From contig OZ242195.1 in assembly GCA_965205975.1 (NCBI GenBank), forward strand, positions 2,848,001-2,912,000: DNA of 64,000 nt, read 5' to 3'. Below the pieces are notes generated by a model, which saw only the letters and a program-made list of their open reading frames with translations, searched no databases and was not told where the DNA came from. This document shows, piece by piece, positions 60,125 through 64,000 of the stretch (within the stretch, counting starts at the first letter, position 1; each line of letters begins with the position of its first letter). The position numbers and the translations under genes were made by a program. The DNA is from Candidatus Latescibacterota bacterium (GTDB lineage: Bacteria; Latescibacterota; UBA2968).

Positions 60125-61555
60125 ATGCTATGCATTAAAAAATGCGACATGCATCTTTTTCAAACTGAAGAGCAAAATCAGCCGATTGTATATCAGATTA
60201 AAACCGGTCTGTTTTTTAAACTGGATACCCTTTTTCAGTCAATTTTAGCGTGTTGCGAAGGCTTGTCTGCTTCACAGGTTGTCCAGACGTTGGCCGATCA
60301 ATACGAAGCAGAGGAAATTGCCGAGGCCATCGAGGAACTGTCTCAGGTGGGCTTGATTTCGGATGGTGCTCTACCTGTGGTAGCCAATGTGCCGACAGCA
60401 GAAGGGGTGGCAGCCTGTGGGGTTTCGCAGACAGACCGTTTGCAGGTGTCCTTGCACGTTTCGCATACGTGCAATATTCAATGTGCTTATTGCTTTGCAC
60501 ACGGTGGGGATTACGGCGGTAAGGCCATGCTGATGCAACCCGATGTTGCCGAGCAATCCATACGATGGATCATCACTGAGGCTCAGGTGTTCGGACGGTG
60601 CCAGATTGATTTTTTTGGCGGGGAGCCGCTTCTGAACTTTCCGCTTCTACTCAAGCTCGTACCATTTGCCAAATCCCTGGGCGCGCGGTTGGGTGTGCAG
60701 GTTGGTTTTGGTATTGTGACCAATGGCACGTTGTTGACCGACGAGATGAAGCAGTTTTTGGTTGATGAAAAGTTTCAGATTAAGGTCAGCCTGGATGGTG
60801 GGCGTAAGACACAAGATCGCATTCGCAAGTTTCACAATGGTTCTGGGACTTATGATGTTGTGGCAAAGAATGTGCAGAAACTGACTGCTGAGGTGCCTGA
60901 GCGCGTATATCTGCAAGCCATTATGACAGCGTATGATATGGACGAGGATCAGATTGCCGATGCGTTGCGTTCCCTCGGTACTGATAACGCGCTTGTTGGT
61001 CCCGCTGTTGTCTCCCCCAATGCACCCTACGCTATTCGAGAAGAACACCTACCCGTTTTGAAGCAACAGATTTACAGGCGGAGTAGGCGTGCGCTTGAAG
61101 CTATTTTAAGTGGTGAAGAGAGTGAGGAGTTTGATCCGCGGATTCAAAAATTGCTGACGCGCCAAAAATCGTGTCACGGATGTCTCGGTGGTAAGCAGTA
61201 TTTGGCGATTGCAGCAGATGGGTCGATTTATTTTTGCTCGAGTTTGGCCGATGCGCCCGAGTTTAAGATGGGTGATGTGTTTGCGGGTATCGACCGCGAA
61301 AAGCAGCAGCATTTTGACGTGCAGTTCAATGTGAATAATCGGCCTGAGTGCAAGACGTGCTGGGCGCGCAACCTGTGTGGTGGGGGGTGTCTTTGGGATG
61401 CGCGGACGACGACGGGTGATCCGATGTATCCAAACCCTATTGCTTGTGAGCAGACGCGCTATCGCTATGAACTGGCGATGGAGATGTGTATGGAAATTTC
61501 AGAAGCCGATGCGTCTTTGTTGCAACGACGTTATGATCTGGAAGTGGCTTCATAA
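60125..61555 (+). CDS. Radical SAM/SPASM peptide maturase with N-terminal RRE-like domain (CteB/PapB/QhpD-like)
   Basis: CNIQCAYC, FFGGEPLL, VTNGTLL, SLDG; SPASM C..G..IYFC..CKTCWARNLCGGGC..C; RBS aaggag. Confidence 0.92.
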   Translation: MLCIKKCDMHLFQTEEQNQPIVYQIKTGLFFKLDTLFQSILACCEGLSASQVVQTLADQYEAEEIAEAIEELSQVGLISDGALPVVANVPTAEGVAACGVSQTDRLQVSLHVSHTCNIQCAYCFAHGGDYGGKAMLMQPDVAEQSIRWIITEAQVFGRCQIDFFGGEPLLNFPLLLKLVPFAKSLGARLGVQVGFGIVTNGTLLTDEMKQFLVDEKFQIKVSLDGGRKTQDRIRKFHNGSGTYDVVAKNVQKLTAEVPERVYLQAIMTAYDMDEDQIADALRSLGTDNALVGPAVVSPNAPYAIREEHLPVLKQQIYRRSRRALEAILSGEESEEFDPRIQKLLTRQKSCHGCLGGKQYLAIAADGSIYFCSSLADAPEFKMGDVFAGIDREKQQHFDVQFNVNNRPECKTCWARNLCGGGCLWDARTTTGDPMYPNPIACEQTRYRYELAMEMCMEISEADASLLQRRYDLEVAS

Positions 61556-61588
61556 GCAGAATTGACTGTATATCAAGTACTTGCTTAA

Positions 61589-61633
61589 AAACGGCATCCA
61601 AATGGGGAGCGCTCTATTAGATGCCGTTTGTTT
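61589..61633 (+). terminator. Hairpin/terminator after the rSAM gene
   Basis: aaacggcatc...gatgccgttt followed by a T-rich tract. Confidence 0.55.
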
Positions 61634-61665
61634 TGCTTTTTTGGGTGGGCGACAGATTGTTGGTG

Positions 61666-62656
61666 ATGGGAGAAATATATCAATCAAAAATTCGGCCTCG
61701 ATAAATGGCCACTCATTGGACAGCATTCCTCACTCTTAGACGTGCAAAAGCGCGCGTACCGCGTGGCAAATAGCGAATTGCCCGTCAACATCAGTGGAGA
61801 AACTGGCACGGGTAAGGAACTGCTCGCCCGTTATGTTCACGGCATTAGCCACCGCAACAGGGGACCATTTGTAACTGTTGACTGTGGCATACTCTCTTCT
61901 GAAATGTCGCGCAGCGAGTTATTTGGACACGTTCGAGGTGCTTTTACCGGCGCCAGCGAAACGCGCACCGGACTGGTTGAATCTGCCCGGGGCGGTACAC
62001 TATTCCTCGATGAAGTGGGCGAATTGCCAGCCAACCTTCAGTTGCAATTGCTACGCCTGGTACAGGAACAGGAATTTCGCCGCGTAGGCGAAGCATCCAT
62101 GCGCCGGTCCGACGTGCGCCTGATCACTGCGACACACTGTAACTTGCGAAAAATGGTGCGAAAAGGGACTTTCCGAGAAGATCTCTATTACCGCTTAACT
62201 GTCGTACCTCTACATTTGCCACCCTTGCGGAAGCGACTGAGCGACTTGCCTCTTTTAATCACGCATTTTTGCAAAAGTATGAAAGAATACAATCGCGCAT
62301 TTTCCCCCGAAGTAATTCAAAGGATGTCGCGTTATGCATGGCCTGGCAATGTTCGGGAACTACAACACGAAGTTGCCCGATTGATGGTCATGGCCGAAGG
62401 TAAAATTATCCGAGTATCCGACCTGCGCCCCCGCATTCGAGGGGCAAACGCCGAGGTTGATGTCTTTGACCTCCCGTTTAAGGAAGCCAGACAACTGGCG
62501 AACAGCCGGTTTATGCGAGAGTATCTTCACAGAGCTTTGCAGAGAACACAGGGCAATGTAACCCAAGCAGCGCAACAATGCGGCATTGGCCGACAGTATT
62601 TCCAGTTGCGTATGTCCGAATACGGTCTAAAGTCGGCATCTTACAAACAAAAATAA
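61666..62656 (+). CDS. Sigma54-dependent activator lacking a sensory domain; start apparently frameshifted by an extra G
   Basis: LIGQHSS.., GETGTGKE, GAFTGA, FLDEVGEL, WPGNVREL, GNVTQAA HTH; the ATG at 61666 is one base out of frame. Confidence 0.85.
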
Positions 62657-62672
62657 TATCTCGCGGTGTACC

Positions 62673-62708
62673 AAAAAACGTCAATGGAAAAACCCATTGA
62701 CGTTTTTT
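62673..62708 (+). terminator. Rho-independent terminator
   Basis: aaaaaacgtcaatgg-N6-ccattgacgtttttt perfect stem. Confidence 0.85.
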
Positions 62709-62757
62709 CTTGCAAGACTTTTCTTGAACTTATCTCAACTCTTCACAAGGACCTGTC

Positions 62758-64000
62758 ATGCAATATATCGCCGACGTACACCTGCATTCGCGTTTTGCCC
62801 GCGCAACCAGCAAAACCTTAAACCCCGAAAATCTGTATCGGTGGAGCCTCATCAAAGGTCTGACAGTAGTGGGCACTGGGGATTTCACCCATCCCGTATG
62901 GTTTGAAGAACTGCGCGACCAACTCGAACCAGCCGAAGAAGGGTTATATCAATTGCGATCGGACCTCAGACGAGGTATCGACGCCGAGTTGCCGCCAGCC
63001 TGCCGCGGACAAATGCGATTTGTACTCTCCGTCGAAATCAGCCTCATCTACAAAAAAAACGACAAAACCAGAAAAATTCATCACGTCGTCCTGATGCCAA
63101 ATTTTGATGCTGTGGCGCGTTTAAATGCCCGACTCGGCGCAATTGGCAACCTGAAATCCGACGGACGCCCCATCCTGGGCCTGGACAGCCGGGACCTGGT
63201 GGAAATATGTCTGGAAGCGTGTGACGAGGTACTCTTTATACCCGCCCACATCTGGACCCCTCACTTCGCGGTCCTGGGCGCGAGTTCTGGATTCGACACC
63301 CTCGAAGAATGTTTTGAAGACATGCTCCCCCACATCTTCGCCGTAGAAACCGGCCTGTCTTCCGACCCACCGATGAATTGGCGCCTATCCATGCTGGACA
63401 ACTACGCAATCGTCTCCAATTCGGACGCACATTCCCCGCAAAAACTCGCCCGAGAAGCCACCTGTTTTAACACCGATCTATCATTCCGCGGAATGTATAA
63501 CGCATTAAAAGACCGCGATCCAACGCGCTTCACGGGCACACTGGAATTTTATCCCGAAGAAGGCAAATATCACTTTGACGGACACAGAAAATGCGATATA
63601 TGCTGGAAACCCGCGCAAACCCTCGACGCCGACGAAATCTGCCCGGTATGTAATCGCAAATTGACCGTTGGCGTACTCCACCGCGTTGAAAAACTCGCAG
63701 ACCGCGCAGAAGGCGTCCACCCCGACGTGGCGATGCCCTTTGAAAACCTGATCCCACTGCCAGAAATCATCGGCTCAGTCCTCCAGGTGGGACCAACCAG
63801 CAAGCGCGTACAATCCGTGTACGAACAAATGCTATCAACACACGGAGCAGAACTAAAAATATTGCGCGAACTGCCCATCGAAGAAATCGCAAAAACAGGA
63901 GACCCCCTCATCGCCGAAGGCATTCGACGCATGCGCGAAGGCACAGTTCACATTGATCCGGGATACGATGGCGTGTACGGAAAAATTCAAGTCTTCTCCG
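62758..64000 (+). CDS. Endonuclease Q / PHP-domain protein (often fused to a UvrD helicase), partial
   Basis: Not in the ORF track because it runs off the end. Reads MQYIADVHLHSRFARATS..GTGDFTHP..PAHIWTP..ETGLSSD..SNSDAHS..EEGKYH.DGHRKC..CPVC..PGYDGVYG. Confidence 0.9.
   Translation, partial: MQYIADVHLHSRFARATSKTLNPENLYRWSLIKGLTVVGTGDFTHPVWFEELRDQLEPAEEGLYQLRSDLRRGIDAELPPACRGQMRFVLSVEISLIYKKNDKTRKIHHVVLMPNFDAVARLNARLGAIGNLKSDGRPILGLDSRDLVEICLEACDEVLFIPAHIWTPHFAVLGASSGFDTLEECFEDMLPHIFAVETGLSSDPPMNWRLSMLDNYAIVSNSDAHSPQKLAREATCFNTDLSFRGMYNALKDRDPTRFTGTLEFYPEEGKYHFDGHRKCDICWKPAQTLDADEICPVCNRKLTVGVLHRVEKLADRAEGVHPDVAMPFENLIPLPEIIGSVLQVGPTSKRVQSVYEQMLSTHGAELKILRELPIEEIAKTGDPLIAEGIRRMREGTVHIDPGYDGVYGKIQVFS

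Noticed and set aside
61664..61666. In-frame TGA as selenocysteine or readthrough
   Set aside because: No plausible upstream coding sequence or SECIS. A one-base homopolymer insertion explains it more simply.
62903..63944. Several short ORFs at the right end
   Set aside because: They overlap the EndoQ/PHP frame starting at 62758, which the track missed because it has no stop in the window.

Overview
Bacterial genomic window, roughly 50% GC by eye and gene-dense. The ankyrin protein, three PhyH dioxygenases, two sulfatases and a fucosidase suggest a marine, possibly sponge-associated lineage; this is inference only. From left to right: (1) a sigma54-driven ABC ATPase and ankyrin pair; (2) a minus-strand four-gene operon resembling the eukaryote/myxobacterial ether-lipid pathway (fatty acyl reductase, acyltransferase, alkyl-DHAP synthase, SDR), head-to-head with ndk-yceD-rpmF-fabH-fabD-fabG-acpP-fabF-rnc, which lacks plsX; (3) an uncharacterised GlmL-type ATPase plus membrane-protein cluster, oppDF and a peptidase-propeller-barrel outer-membrane protein; (4) sulfatase/PhyH/fucosidase catabolic genes, purT, an MNT-HEPN pair followed by a putative HEPN-CBS fusion, mnmA, an HDAC, pheA and a LutB-CCG fusion; (5) a compositionally distinct block with a YtrA-ABC operon, a large kinase-NTPase-TPR-GAF-sigma54 activator, three candidate enhancer sites, a sigma54 promoter, a 59-aa precursor peptide, a RRE-radical SAM/SPASM maturase (candidate new RiPP) and a sensor-less sigma54 activator; (6) an EndoQ/PHP-type gene running off the right end. 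No rRNA, tRNA, CRISPR array or transposase was recognised. Two single-base frameshifts and one insertion-riddled duplication suggest long-read consensus errors.
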